A DNA stretch of 64,000 nucleotides from Bacteroidales bacterium (GCA_012718945.1 JAAYBL010000013.1:692-64691), one strand, 5' to 3'. Numbered from the stretch's first letter, positions 37,818 through 47,361 are shown. Numbers and translations: made by a program. Notes: generated by a model from the sequence alone, not told the origin.

Positions 37818-39737
37818 TTATTCTCCCAAATAATACGACGGCAACGGTGCTTGATCGTAGCCCATGGAGCGGTGGGCCACATTATTACGGTAGAGAGCAT
37901 CCTGCATCAGGGAGACGCGGCGGTCGGTAGCAGGGATGTTGCTGCGATAGATACGAAGTTCGCCGGGGAGAGCAGTGATGATTTCCTCCCGCCAATCGCC
38001 ATCGAGGTCGGCGGTAAACAGGATGCTGCCTTCCAGATTGTCGGTGATGGCCTGACCTTTCCATTTGCCAACCTGCGAGGCCCAACGGAAGCGTTGACCT
38101 GGCTGTCTGGGTGGGGTTTGTTGGCCTTGATTGGCTTGAGGCATACGGTCGGAAGGCCTTGACATGGTGATAACTTCACGGAGCTTGTCGGCATCCCACC
38201 ATACCCAATTGCCGGTAGGTGGCACTTCTTCGTCACTGCCAATACGTTGACCATCGGCGCTAAACAGGTATTTGGCTGTACTGCCACCCTTCCTGTCTTC
38301 ACCGGCGAAGCATTCCAGGCCGGGGTGAGAGGGGTCAAAATCGGTCACCATGCCACTGCCTACGTGGTGAGTTTCCTGTCCGATGTTCCAGATGGGGCTG
38401 CCATTTTTAGGGTCAATCTGGCAGACGCCCCTGCCGTTGGTGTGGTAGGGTTCCAGACAGAGGAACATTTCCATGCCCTCGCGGTTGGGGTTGATGTCGG
38501 TGAGGTAGATTTTGTCCGGGTGTCCCAGACCCACTGACCAGAGCAGGGTGCCGTTGTCGTCGAGGGCGCAGGAACCCAGCACGACTTCATCCCTGCCGTC
38601 GCCGTCAATGTCGGTGCAAATCATGTTATGGGCGCCTTGGCTGCGTACCACGGGGTTTTCCTCGTCACCGTCCCAACGCCAGGCTTTCACCAACTTACTG
38701 CCTTCCAGTCGCCAGGCTTCCACGGTCATCAGTTTGTAAGTGCCCCTGGCTGCCAGGATGTAAGGGGTTTTACCATCCAGGTAGGCCACGCCAATCTGAT
38801 TGCGGCTTTGACGGTTGAGGTCGCCATAGCGGGCGTTGCGCTCGGGCCAGTCTACCTGGTCGAGGGGTTTGCCTGTCAAGCCGTCGAGGACTGTCAGATA
38901 TTCGTCACCATCGACCACGCGGCCTTGTTCGTTGCGTTTCACGTTGTCGGGGGCTGATTTTAAGGCTACTTCGGCCTTGCCGTCACCGTTGAAATCGTAG
39001 CAAATAAAGGGGGAATACCAGACGCCGGGAACAATGCCGAGGCCTAAATCTTTGGTCCATAGATGAGTGCCGTCGTTCAGGTAGGCTTCCAGTTTATAGG
39101 TCAGCCCTGTCAGGTTGCCAGGCATGCCGGGGTCTACGTTGGAATTGGGCGTTCTCACTACAAAGTCGTAGGTGCCATCCCCGTTGAGGTCGGCCATGGC
39201 TAGTTTGCCAGGCATGGTTTGGGGATTGAGGCGGATGGATTGGTAGGGGGTGGTTTTGAGGGCTTGGAGATTGACGGCCAGGGTGGTTGAACCCTTGCCG
39301 GTGTTTGCAGCAGCGTTGCCTTGCTGACGATTCGGCTGTTTGGGCGCAACACGCTCAATTCGATACGTCGCTTCGGCTACCGGGGATTTGTCAATGTAAT
39401 CGGTGGTTGCTGTGACGGGTTTGTTGGTCAGTCGTTTGGCTTTGCCTTTTACCGTACGGTATACATGAAACGCGGCGTTGGCAGGGTCGTTGGCCAGCAA
39501 GCGCCAACTCAGGTACACGGATGTGCTGTCTGTAGCCAGGGAGGCGACTAGTCCACGGTTTAGTGCTTCGGTTACCCTGTCGTTATCCGGGGTCTCCAAT
39601 ACGGGTTTATCGGCATGCCTCGGCTCCAGTATCTCGTAGTAGTAGGTGCGTTCTCTGGTATCCTGGGCGTAGGTGATTGTGGTTGAAAGGGTCAGGAGGG
39701 TCAGACCGAGGAAGATGGGAAGGGTGGGTGTTTTCAT
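37818..39737 (-). CDS. Rhamnogalacturonan lyase, polysaccharide lyase family 11 (YesW/YesX-like beta-propeller)
   Basis: EALNRGLVA...YLSWRLL, DLNGDGTYDFVV, DFNGDGKAEVALK, DIDGDGRDEVVLGS, DLDGDWREEII, and a C-terminal YRNNVAHRSMGYDQAP. These align motif by motif with my recollection of Bacillus subtilis YesW. Confidence 0.8.
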   Translation of the reverse strand: MKTPTLPIFLGLTLLTLSTTITYAQDTRERTYYYEILEPRHADKPVLETPDNDRVTEALNRGLVASLATDSTSVYLSWRLLANDPANAAFHVYRTVKGKAKRLTNKPVTATTDYIDKSPVAEATYRIERVAPKQPNRQQGNAAANTGKGSTTLAVNLQALKTTPYQSIRLNPQTMPGKLAMADLNGDGTYDFVVRTPNSNVDPGMPGNLTGLTYKLEAYLNDGTHLWTKDLGLGIVPGVWYSPFICYDFNGDGKAEVALKSAPDNVKRNEQGRVVDGDEYLTVLDGLTGKPLDQVDWPERNARYGDLNRQSRNQIGVAYLDGKTPYILAARGTYKLMTVEAWRLEGSKLVKAWRWDGDEENPVVRSQGAHNMICTDIDGDGRDEVVLGSCALDDNGTLLWSVGLGHPDKIYLTDINPNREGMEMFLCLEPYHTNGRGVCQIDPKNGSPIWNIGQETHHVGSGMVTDFDPSHPGLECFAGEDRKGGSTAKYLFSADGQRIGSDEEVPPTGNWVWWDADKLREVITMSRPSDRMPQANQGQQTPPRQPGQRFRWASQVGKWKGQAITDNLEGSILFTADLDGDWREEIITALPGELRIYRSNIPATDRRVSLMQDALYRNNVAHRSMGYDQAPLPSYYLGE

Positions 39738-39761
39738 AACTCTTTTGATGTGGTTACCTCA

Positions 39762-39769
39762 CAAATATA
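39762..39769 (-). promoter_or_regulatory. -7 promoter motif (TATATTTG) for the PL11 gene
   Basis: Minus-strand exact match 25 nt upstream of the ATG at 39737. Confidence 0.5.
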
Positions 39770-39953
39770 CGTGATTTATAGCCCATAGATGGGTTGGTGT
39801 AGAAAAAAAGCCTTTTGTTAACAATAATAAAAAAAAGACTATATTTACCGCTGGTTAATTCAAGGTGTTCGACTATAATCTATATGTTAACATCCTTTGA
39901 ATCCGCTTGTGGTGGCATTGTGATGCTTTTTTATCAACTTAATCATATCAATC

Positions 39954-40400
39954 ATGGAAAACACAGAAAACACGGCTTCCGTTATGACGTTTACCGAAAC
40001 GATGAAATCTGACCTTTTGTTGACGGCCAAGTGGAGCAAATTCTTAGCTATTGTGGGTTTTGTCGGCTTGGGATTAATGGCTGTTTGGGCTTTCCTGATG
40101 ATATCGGGGGCGTCCTTTATTGATTCCTTGATTAAGGGACAAACTTTTATCACCGCTTATACAGGCGTTGTTTATTTGCTGGTAGGTCTTCTGTACTTAT
40201 TTCCAATCTTATATCTGCTGAGGTTTGCCAATAATACAAAACGGGCTGTAATGGCGGATGATGAAGCGGCTATGGAAGAAGCCCTGATCAACCAACGCAA
40301 GATGTATAAGTTTATGGGCGTTTTGATGATTGTCGTTCTGTCAATCTATGCACTGAGCGCCCTAATTTTGATTCCGGTGGGGCTGTTTGCTGCTAAATAA
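39954..40400 (+). CDS. Small integral membrane protein (possibly DUF5362-like)
   Basis: 148 aa with three or four hydrophobic helices and an LLLTAKWSKFLAIVGFVGLGL motif. The family assignment is from memory only. Confidence 0.5.
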   Translation: MENTENTASVMTFTETMKSDLLLTAKWSKFLAIVGFVGLGLMAVWAFLMISGASFIDSLIKGQTFITAYTGVVYLLVGLLYLFPILYLLRFANNTKRAVMADDEAAMEEALINQRKMYKFMGVLMIVVLSIYALSALILIPVGLFAAK

Positions 40401-43400
40401 TTACATCAGTTCAATGGCGAACGTGAAGGCATGTTCGCAGGGTTTCTCCTGAGGGAAAGCCACGGTAAGCCCCTGTTCATTTTGTGAAAAGGAAATGGCT
40501 CCTTCGTGCCCTAATACCGTGACCTTGTTCACGCGACCTTCTTGTGAGGACAACGCGGCTATCGTTTGAGGCTGGTCGCTCCATTGCAGGGCTATGGCAT
40601 AGATGGTTGAGCCTTTTTGAGTGAATCGGAAGATGCCTTCCTTTTCCTGTTCCCAGGCGCGTGTGCCATATATGCCGTCGCCATTGACAGACAGCCAACG
40701 GCCGATTTCCAGGAGTATGTTTTGTTGTGCTTCAGGAATGGTGCCATCGCTTTTGGGCGAAATGTTCAACATGTAGTTGCCATTCCTGCATACGTTTTCG
40801 ACCAGGCGTCGAATCACCGAACCGGCGTTGGTAAGCTTCATCCCTTCAACATAGCCAAATTTCTCACCAATGGGATCGTCAACCTGCCAGTAATAGGTGG
40901 TTTTCTCCTTGGGTGCCCTGCCTTGACGTTCAAAGTCGCGTATGCTTCCTGCCAGATAGGCATCCGATTTGGCACTGATGGACACCTGCTTGCCCCAGGC
41001 CGCTGCCCTGTTGTAATAGTAGGCGGCAAAACGGAGTTTGATGGGGTCTAAACTGCGGCTGTTGACGCCATTGTCAAACCATACCATATCTGGTTGGTAG
41101 GTGTCAACCAGTTCTTGACAACGCGCCAACCATTCTTCAAGAAAGGCTTCACTTTGTTCGGCTACCTCTTGATCTTCCATGACTTCTTCACCGTTAGCTG
41201 GTGCCTTTCGGGGTCTTGGTTGTTGGGGAGGCCCGTAGAAGTCGGCGTATCGTGGATCAAACAAGTCGGTGGGTGTTTTCAATTGTGGGTACATGAAATC
41301 CCAGTGTTCCATTCTATGATTGGAGAGCCCAAACTTCAACCCACGACGTCTGACTGACTTACCCAATTCACCGATGAAGTCAATGCCTGGGCCCATCTCT
41401 TTGGCATCCCACCGTGTCAGTTTGCTGTCGTACATGGCAAATCCATCGTGGTGTTCAGCTGTTGGAATGACGTATTTGGCCCCCGCTTTTTCAAACAGTT
41501 CAGCCCACTCGTTGGCGTTAAACTTTTCCATCTTGAACAAGGAAATTAAATCCTTGTAGCCAAAGGAGTCAACCCGTCCAAAATGTTCCTCATGCCATTT
41601 TTGTACCCCGGCGTTGCTGTACATATGCCTGGGGTACCATTCGCTGGCATGAGCGGGTACGGTATACACCCCGTAATGGATGAAGATACCGAACTTGCCA
41701 TCCTTGAACCATTCGGGTACTTGGTAGGACTGCTCAATGGAGGCCCAGGTTGGCTCGTAGGGTCCTTTGGGAATGTCGGCGGCTTTTCCGTTTTTAAGGG
41801 TGAGTGTTACCCTGTTTGTTTGCGTCGTTTCTATGAGGGCTTTATCCTCGCAAAGCATGGCGGCAAATCCACCGCGGCGGAGCATCCTGACATCGAGGGT
41901 GCTTGTGCGATCTACGCGGCGTTCGGAGATTGAAAAGACCTTGTCGTGTTCGCCGTCGGCCATGAGCTGTAGAGTGTACGTTTTGCCAACCGGCAGGAAG
42001 TCCAGTTTGATTGTGGTGTGTTTGCTCCAGTTTTCACCGTTGATGCCGCCCAGGTAGAATGTATCGTTCCGTTGACGCATCAGGGTGAAGTCACGACCGG
42101 GGTATCCGCTGATCAGTTTGGTGTCGTCCCAAACGTTGGGCACCACTTTCAGAAACTGTTTAACAGGTTCGGGGAGGCTGCGGTAGCCGTCGGGCCGGTC
42201 GGCCATGTGTTGTATCCCCGATTCGAAGACAACACTCAGGGCCAGTTCGTGGCCGTAGGAGGTGGCATGGGGGTGTTGGGAGTTGGTGAAGGTTACCGGG
42301 GTGTAGTCCATGGCACCTACAACGTTGCGGGTGAAGGGCATCACGCAATTGTGGGCCGGAGCCTCCCAGGTGAAGTCAGGGATGTTGTTGTACCATTCAG
42401 CCCCTTTGACCGACTCCAGCGTCATCAGGTGAGGGTAGGTGCGGCTCCAGCCTCTGGGCACCAGGCAACCGTGGAAATAGACCATCAGTTCAAAGGGTGC
42501 AGCGTCTTTGAGAATATCCAGGTAATAGCGGATCATATCTTGCTTTTCGCTGTCGAAGAAATCGACTTTGGTACCGTAGACACCCTGCTGCTTCAGTTTG
42601 GCAAATTCTTCCAGGCGGCTCTCGTGGGTCAACAGTCGGTCGCGCGGGGTCGCTGACACGCCGGTGTGTGGGCCGCCCGAGTTGTACCACATAAGGGGTT
42701 TGATGCCTTTGGCATGGATGTAGCGCAAGGCATCGTCCAGGTTGCCTCCGTTGCCCATGGCGTCCCATTCCCAATCGAGCAGGGTATAGGGCCATTGCAT
42801 TTCGACCGCCAAATCGGCGAAGGCGCAGACCACCTTGTAGTCCCTGGTACCGTGGTTGTTCGACCAGTAATTCCAGGACGCTTTGCCCGGTTTGATCCAC
42901 GCTGTGTTTGTCAGCGAGGTGGGGGTGCTCACATCCTCAACCAGGGTTGATTCTACCAGCGTCGCCAGACTGCCGACCATCACGACGCGCCAGGGTGAAG
43001 CCCAGGGGGTGGTGATGGTGGGATGCACGGCGCCTAGGCCATTGCCGTCTCTAGGATCGGGAAACACCAATTGGTACTGGTTGGGGGCTTGTTGGTTCGA
43101 TAGTTTTGTGCCGCAGTAGGTTTCATTTAAATCGGCCTCGTGAATCAGGTACCAACAGGCAGCCTGACCGGCTTCAAACAGCCCGGGGTAACACCAATCC
43201 CGTTGTGCGAAAGCGTTTTTCTGATGGGTGTATACCCCTTCGTTGGCAGTGCTCCATGGTTCAAGCCAACGGGCATCTCCATCGTTGACGAGGTAGGTGG
43301 TCAGTTCCTCTTTTACCTGGTGATGGCCCTTTTTATTGGGCAACGCATACCTGAAGGTAAGGCCATCGTTGTACAGCCTGACCACCAGGTTGAATGGATA

Positions 43401-43814
43401 CTTGTTAGTGTTCACAAAGTGGAACGTAACCTCGTTGGCTTGGTTCTGACGCTGTAGCCGTTTGCCGTGGATGGCTTGGTAGGAGACAGTGATGGCTTTG
43501 TCTTTGGAACGCATTGCCAGGGTAAGGTTGTTGCCAAAGGTTTGTTCGTCAAGAATCAACCCCAGCTTGATGGCCGGTATGACCACCTGGGCGGTGTTAT
43601 TGTTTACCGTGTGCAGGGTTAAATACCACCACCCTTCTGTGGCGTGTTGATGGAGGGAGGCTTTGAGGTGTTTGTTAGGGGAGGTGACAGCCAACTGGTT
43701 GTTGGGAGCCGTTTGGTTGCGTGTACCCGTTTTTGTTTGCCCGTAGGTGGAAATGGAACCCATCGAAAGGGTAAAGGCAATCAGTATATGAAGTATGAAC
43801 CGTGTGTTGCTCAT
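40401..43814 (-). CDS. Two-domain glycoside hydrolase: N-terminal GH97-like plus C-terminal GH29 alpha-L-fucosidase
   Basis: One uninterrupted 1,137-aa ORF with a signal peptide. GH97-like motifs are IKPGKASWNYWS and GTKVDFFDSEKQDM...FHGCLVPRGWSRTYPHLMTLESVKGAEW. From about aa 684, GH29 motifs are PYEPTWASIEQ...WFKDGKFGIFIHYGVYTVPA and EHHDGFAMYDS. Confidence 0.8.
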   Translation of the reverse strand: MSNTRFILHILIAFTLSMGSISTYGQTKTGTRNQTAPNNQLAVTSPNKHLKASLHQHATEGWWYLTLHTVNNNTAQVVIPAIKLGLILDEQTFGNNLTLAMRSKDKAITVSYQAIHGKRLQRQNQANEVTFHFVNTNKYPFNLVVRLYNDGLTFRYALPNKKGHHQVKEELTTYLVNDGDARWLEPWSTANEGVYTHQKNAFAQRDWCYPGLFEAGQAACWYLIHEADLNETYCGTKLSNQQAPNQYQLVFPDPRDGNGLGAVHPTITTPWASPWRVVMVGSLATLVESTLVEDVSTPTSLTNTAWIKPGKASWNYWSNNHGTRDYKVVCAFADLAVEMQWPYTLLDWEWDAMGNGGNLDDALRYIHAKGIKPLMWYNSGGPHTGVSATPRDRLLTHESRLEEFAKLKQQGVYGTKVDFFDSEKQDMIRYYLDILKDAAPFELMVYFHGCLVPRGWSRTYPHLMTLESVKGAEWYNNIPDFTWEAPAHNCVMPFTRNVVGAMDYTPVTFTNSQHPHATSYGHELALSVVFESGIQHMADRPDGYRSLPEPVKQFLKVVPNVWDDTKLISGYPGRDFTLMRQRNDTFYLGGINGENWSKHTTIKLDFLPVGKTYTLQLMADGEHDKVFSISERRVDRTSTLDVRMLRRGGFAAMLCEDKALIETTQTNRVTLTLKNGKAADIPKGPYEPTWASIEQSYQVPEWFKDGKFGIFIHYGVYTVPAHASEWYPRHMYSNAGVQKWHEEHFGRVDSFGYKDLISLFKMEKFNANEWAELFEKAGAKYVIPTAEHHDGFAMYDSKLTRWDAKEMGPGIDFIGELGKSVRRRGLKFGLSNHRMEHWDFMYPQLKTPTDLFDPRYADFYGPPQQPRPRKAPANGEEVMEDQEVAEQSEAFLEEWLARCQELVDTYQPDMVWFDNGVNSRSLDPIKLRFAAYYYNRAAAWGKQVSISAKSDAYLAGSIRDFERQGRAPKEKTTYYWQVDDPIGEKFGYVEGMKLTNAGSVIRRLVENVCRNGNYMLNISPKSDGTIPEAQQNILLEIGRWLSVNGDGIYGTRAWEQEKEGIFRFTQKGSTIYAIALQWSDQPQTIAALSSQEGRVNKVTVLGHEGAISFSQNEQGLTVAFPQEKPCEHAFTFAIELM

Positions 43815-43847
43815 GATGTTACATTGAAAGGATGAGTGGATGTTGAG

Positions 43848-44714
43848 CTATCGGATCAACGACGACTCCTTGATGTAAAGGGTCGGCGTTTTGCCCAGAA
43901 TACGTTTGAATTGTTTGTTGAAGTAGGAGATGTTGTCGAAGGCCAGCGCATATGCCACTTCCTTGATGGTTTTGTTGCCCTGAAGCAGCATCAGCTGAGC
44001 CCGTTCGATTTTTTTCTTGTTGATGTAAACCACCGGGGTGCAGTTCAGTTCGATTCGGAAGAGTCTGATCAGGTGATCTTTCGATACATTGCACTGCTCG
44101 GCCAGGTCGTTGAGGCTGATTTTCGAATATAGATGCTCCCTGATGTACTGAACGGCGCGCAGCACCCTGGTGTCATCACAGATGGCCACTGTCCTGGCCC
44201 GTCCAAAGAAAGGGGCCATCAATTGGAGTAGGATGCCCTTGGTTTCAAGTTGGGTGCCTATGCTTTTCTGGTCTGAGCGTATCAGGCTGCTGCGAAAACT
44301 GGCCTCATTGGTGTAGGATTTGGGATCGTATTGCTGCAGGGCCATGTCGTTGTTGATGGTCAACAACCGTTTGAACAACTCGATGGCAAATGGCTCGGCT
44401 GGCACGGATACCGGACATTCGTATTGGTCGAACAGGCTGAGGGCTTGTTTGGAGTTGTCGTAGACGTGCATGTAATAAAGCGAGAAAGGACCCGAACAGC
44501 CATCGTCGTGCAGGGTGTATGGGGGTATCAAGTACAGATGACCGTGGAGCAGGCTGTAGCTTTTACCCTTGACAGTCAGACTGGCTTCCCCTTCCAATAC
44601 CAGGTACAGCCTGAAAAACGGGTTGCTGATGTTGGTATAGTTCCAGTCTCCATTGTGGATGGCTAAGCCGGCGTTCAACAAAACTGGCGAAAAGGTGTCA
44701 AGTTGCTCGATCAT
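43848..44714 (-). CDS. AraC family transcriptional regulator
   Basis: N-terminal cupin-like sensor domain. The C-terminal double HTH reads LNDLAEQCNVSKDHLIRLFR...IKEVAYALAFDNISYFNKQFKR. Confidence 0.9.
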   Translation of the reverse strand: MIEQLDTFSPVLLNAGLAIHNGDWNYTNISNPFFRLYLVLEGEASLTVKGKSYSLLHGHLYLIPPYTLHDDGCSGPFSLYYMHVYDNSKQALSLFDQYECPVSVPAEPFAIELFKRLLTINNDMALQQYDPKSYTNEASFRSSLIRSDQKSIGTQLETKGILLQLMAPFFGRARTVAICDDTRVLRAVQYIREHLYSKISLNDLAEQCNVSKDHLIRLFRIELNCTPVVYINKKKIERAQLMLLQGNKTIKEVAYALAFDNISYFNKQFKRILGKTPTLYIKESSLIR

Positions 44715-44738
44715 AGAAAACTGTCCATCTGATGCTTA

Positions 44739-44746
44739 CAAATATA
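44739..44746 (-). promoter_or_regulatory. -7 promoter motif (TATATTTG) for the AraC gene
   Basis: Minus-strand exact match 25 nt upstream of the ATG at 44714. Confidence 0.5.
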
Positions 44747-44864
44747 CGCTTCGACACTTTTTCCTCCAAATGGGGCAGGTGTTAAAACGTACAAAGTTGC
44801 AGGGTAAGTCGATATGGTGTTATAATATGTCGGTATGATGTATGGGTTTGCGGCAAGATGGGTG

Positions 44865-44872
44865 TATTTTTG
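44865..44872 (+). promoter_or_regulatory. -7 promoter motif (TAttTTTG) for the GH29 gene
   Basis: Plus-strand match 38 nt upstream of the ATG at 44910. It is divergent from the AraC promoter. Confidence 0.45.
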
Positions 44873-44909
44873 TCCTTGGCAAAAAAACACTCCATTTAAA
44901 TAGATACGC

Positions 44910-46544
44910 ATGAAAAAAGATTCAAAGTTGATTGTTCGATTGTTGTTGGTTGGGCTGTTGTCAATGGCCACGTCAGCAACGATGGTGATGGCGGCCAATG
45001 ATTCGAAACCAGTTGGTGCGCTTGAGCCTATGGCTGCAGGACCCTACGAACCCACCTGGTCTTCGTTGGAACAGTATGATGAGGCTCCTGAGTGGTTCAA
45101 GGATGCTAAATTTGGCATCTGGGCTCATTGGGGGCCACAGTGTGAACCGGGCTTTGGTGATTGGTATGCCCGCTTCATGTATTACGAAGGCTCCGGTCAA
45201 AACAAAGATCACGTGGGTAAATACGGCAGTCCCGATAACTTTGGCTTCAAAGACGTCATCAACGCCTGGAAAGCCGAAAAATGGGAGCCGGACTCCTTAA
45301 TCAAACTGTATAAGGAAGCAGGAGCGCAGTACTTTTTCGCCCTGGCCAATCACCACGACAACCTCGACCTGTATGAGAGCAGCTATCAGCCGTGGAATTC
45401 GGTGGCTGTTGGTCCTCGCAAGGATATTGTAGGCGGTTGGGCCAAAGCGGCCAAGGCCTACGGCTTACCCTTTGGGGTGAGCGTGCATGCTTCTCATGCC
45501 TGGACCTGGCTGGAACCCTCTCAAGATTGGGATGGCAACTTGACCAAGGCCGACGGGGTTGGTACCTGGTGGGAAGGACTGGATCCTCAGGATCTTTATG
45601 CTCAACGCCATCTCCGCAGTAAGAAAAGCCATAACTCCGGTACCATTCACAGTCAATGGAACTGGGGCAACGGAGCCTCACTGCCCGATTCAGCCTATAT
45701 CGTGAAGTTTTACAACCGCACAGTAGAATTGATCAACAAATACAACCCCGATTTGTTGTATTTCGACGATACGGCATTGCCCTTTTGCCAGATCAACGAC
45801 GTAGGTTTGCGCATTGCCGCTCATATGTACAACAAGAGCATAGCGGAGAACAAGGGTAAGAACCAAGCCGTAATTTTTGGCAAAGTGCTTACGGAAGCAC
45901 AAAAGAATGCCATAGTGTGGGATGTTGAGCGCGGTGTACCCGATCGTCCACAAGCCAAGTATTGGCAAACCTGTACCTGCATCGGAGACTGGCATTACAA
46001 CATCAACGTATACAACCGAAACCGGTATAAATCCGCCCAAACCGTGGTCAGGATGCTCATCGACATCGTTAGTAAGAACGGCAATTTGCTGCTCAGCGTA
46101 CCAGTGCGGGGTGATGGCTCCATCGATGAGAAGGAAGTGGCTGTGGTGAAAGGCATCGCTGCCTGGATGAAGGTCAACAGCGAAAGTATTTATAAGACCA
46201 GGCCCTGGAAGGCCTTTGGTGAAGGTCCTAACGCCGAATCCGCCAATCCGTTGTCAGCTCAGGGTTTCAACGAAGGCATCAAGTACACCCCGGCAGATGT
46301 GCGCTATGTTTGCAAAGGCAAAACTGTGTATGCCTCGTTGATGGGCTGGCCCGAAACGACCACCGTCACGCTGAAGCAACTCGGTACTGCTGCCTCAACA
46401 AAACCGGGAAAAGTCAAGGCTGTCACTCTGCTGGGCTATGGCTCTCTGAAGTTTAAACAAGGCAAAGATGGCCTGGTCGTCCACTTCCCGACCACTCCTA
46501 TTTCTACGGGGACTATGGCTTCGGTGCTGAAAGTGAAATTTTAA
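44910..46544 (+). CDS. Alpha-L-fucosidase (GH29 family)
   Basis: Signal peptide, then PYEPTWSSLEQYDEAPEWFKDAKFGIWAHWGPQ and ANHHDNLDLYES. The N-terminal block is closely similar to the GH29 half of the fusion protein. Confidence 0.8.
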   Translation: MKKDSKLIVRLLLVGLLSMATSATMVMAANDSKPVGALEPMAAGPYEPTWSSLEQYDEAPEWFKDAKFGIWAHWGPQCEPGFGDWYARFMYYEGSGQNKDHVGKYGSPDNFGFKDVINAWKAEKWEPDSLIKLYKEAGAQYFFALANHHDNLDLYESSYQPWNSVAVGPRKDIVGGWAKAAKAYGLPFGVSVHASHAWTWLEPSQDWDGNLTKADGVGTWWEGLDPQDLYAQRHLRSKKSHNSGTIHSQWNWGNGASLPDSAYIVKFYNRTVELINKYNPDLLYFDDTALPFCQINDVGLRIAAHMYNKSIAENKGKNQAVIFGKVLTEAQKNAIVWDVERGVPDRPQAKYWQTCTCIGDWHYNINVYNRNRYKSAQTVVRMLIDIVSKNGNLLLSVPVRGDGSIDEKEVAVVKGIAAWMKVNSESIYKTRPWKAFGEGPNAESANPLSAQGFNEGIKYTPADVRYVCKGKTVYASLMGWPETTTVTLKQLGTAASTKPGKVKAVTLLGYGSLKFKQGKDGLVVHFPTTPISTGTMASVLKVKF

Positions 46545-46550
46545 TCTGAT

Positions 46551-46583
46551 GGGATGCTGTCCTTTTTGAAAGGATGGCTTCCC
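46551..46583 (+). terminator. Hairpin immediately after the GH29 stop codon
   Basis: gggatgctgtcctt / aaggatggcttccc with one mismatch and two G-U pairs. It has no strong T-run. Confidence 0.4.
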
Positions 46584-46638
46584 TTGAAATTGAAGTGAAC
46601 CCTAAAAAGTCAGACATAGCTTTTTGGTTCAGATTATA

Positions 46639-46681
46639 AAAGGATGGCATCCCATGAGAAAAGGATGCTATCCTTTTTTTT
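46639..46681 (+). terminator. Intrinsic terminator (perfect 14-bp stem plus T8)
   Basis: aaaggatggcatcc / ggatgctatccttt with a 10-nt loop, followed by tttttttt. Confidence 0.75.
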
Positions 46682-46734
46682 GTGTTGAAATCAAAAAAGT
46701 AATTAAGTGTAGCTTAAATAATGAAGTAATGATG

Positions 46735-46742
46735 TATCTTTG
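46735..46742 (+). promoter_or_regulatory. -7 promoter motif (TAtcTTTG) for the HTH-cupin regulator
   Basis: Match 18 nt upstream of the ATG at 46760. Confidence 0.45.
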
Positions 46743-46759
46743 CAAAAAAATGGACTGAC

Positions 46760-47311
46760 ATGAAGCGAATTGGTGAAAGAATTAAAAAGAAACGGGAGTT
46801 GATGAACCTGCATCTCAATGAATTGGCTGAAAAGGTGGACATTTCTGCGAGCGCATTGTCGCAGATTGAAAAGTCCAAATCCTTCCCATCTATTTTTACA
46901 TTGAAGGCCATCGCTGACGCCCTTCACACCACCATAGGCGATTTGGTGGGCGAAAACGAGTCCTTGACCAACAACCCTGTCATGTTGAAAAGCGATATCA
47001 AGTACATCGACCAAAACGAGACCGGGGCCACGCTCTTCTTGCTGTCCAACCACGATGTCAACAAGCAAATGGATACCTATTTGCTGCGTTTTGCCAAGGG
47101 TTCAGGGTTGGATGGCCTTATTAAAAGTGCCTATGGACAGGTTTTCTGCCACGTCCTCTCCGGAGAGATCCGATTTGACCTGAACGAGAAAAGTTACCTT
47201 TTAAAACCCGGTGACACTATTTATTTCAACGCTAAATCCACGTATAACGCCCTTAACAACGACGATGGACTCAGCGAGATGTTATGGATTCAATCGCCGC
47301 CCAGCTTTTAA
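46760..47311 (+). CDS. XRE-family HTH transcriptional regulator with C-terminal cupin domain
   Basis: IGERIKKKRELMNLHLNELAEKVDISASALSQIEK is an HTH_3 motif. The C-terminal cupin reads GQVFCHVLSGEIRFDL...LKPGDTIYF. Confidence 0.85.
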   Translation: MKRIGERIKKKRELMNLHLNELAEKVDISASALSQIEKSKSFPSIFTLKAIADALHTTIGDLVGENESLTNNPVMLKSDIKYIDQNETGATLFLLSNHDVNKQMDTYLLRFAKGSGLDGLIKSAYGQVFCHVLSGEIRFDLNEKSYLLKPGDTIYFNAKSTYNALNNDDGLSEMLWIQSPPSF

Positions 47312-47361
47312 GGCGGAAAATTAAGTACAGCTTCAATAATCAAAGGCAAACACCAATCATC

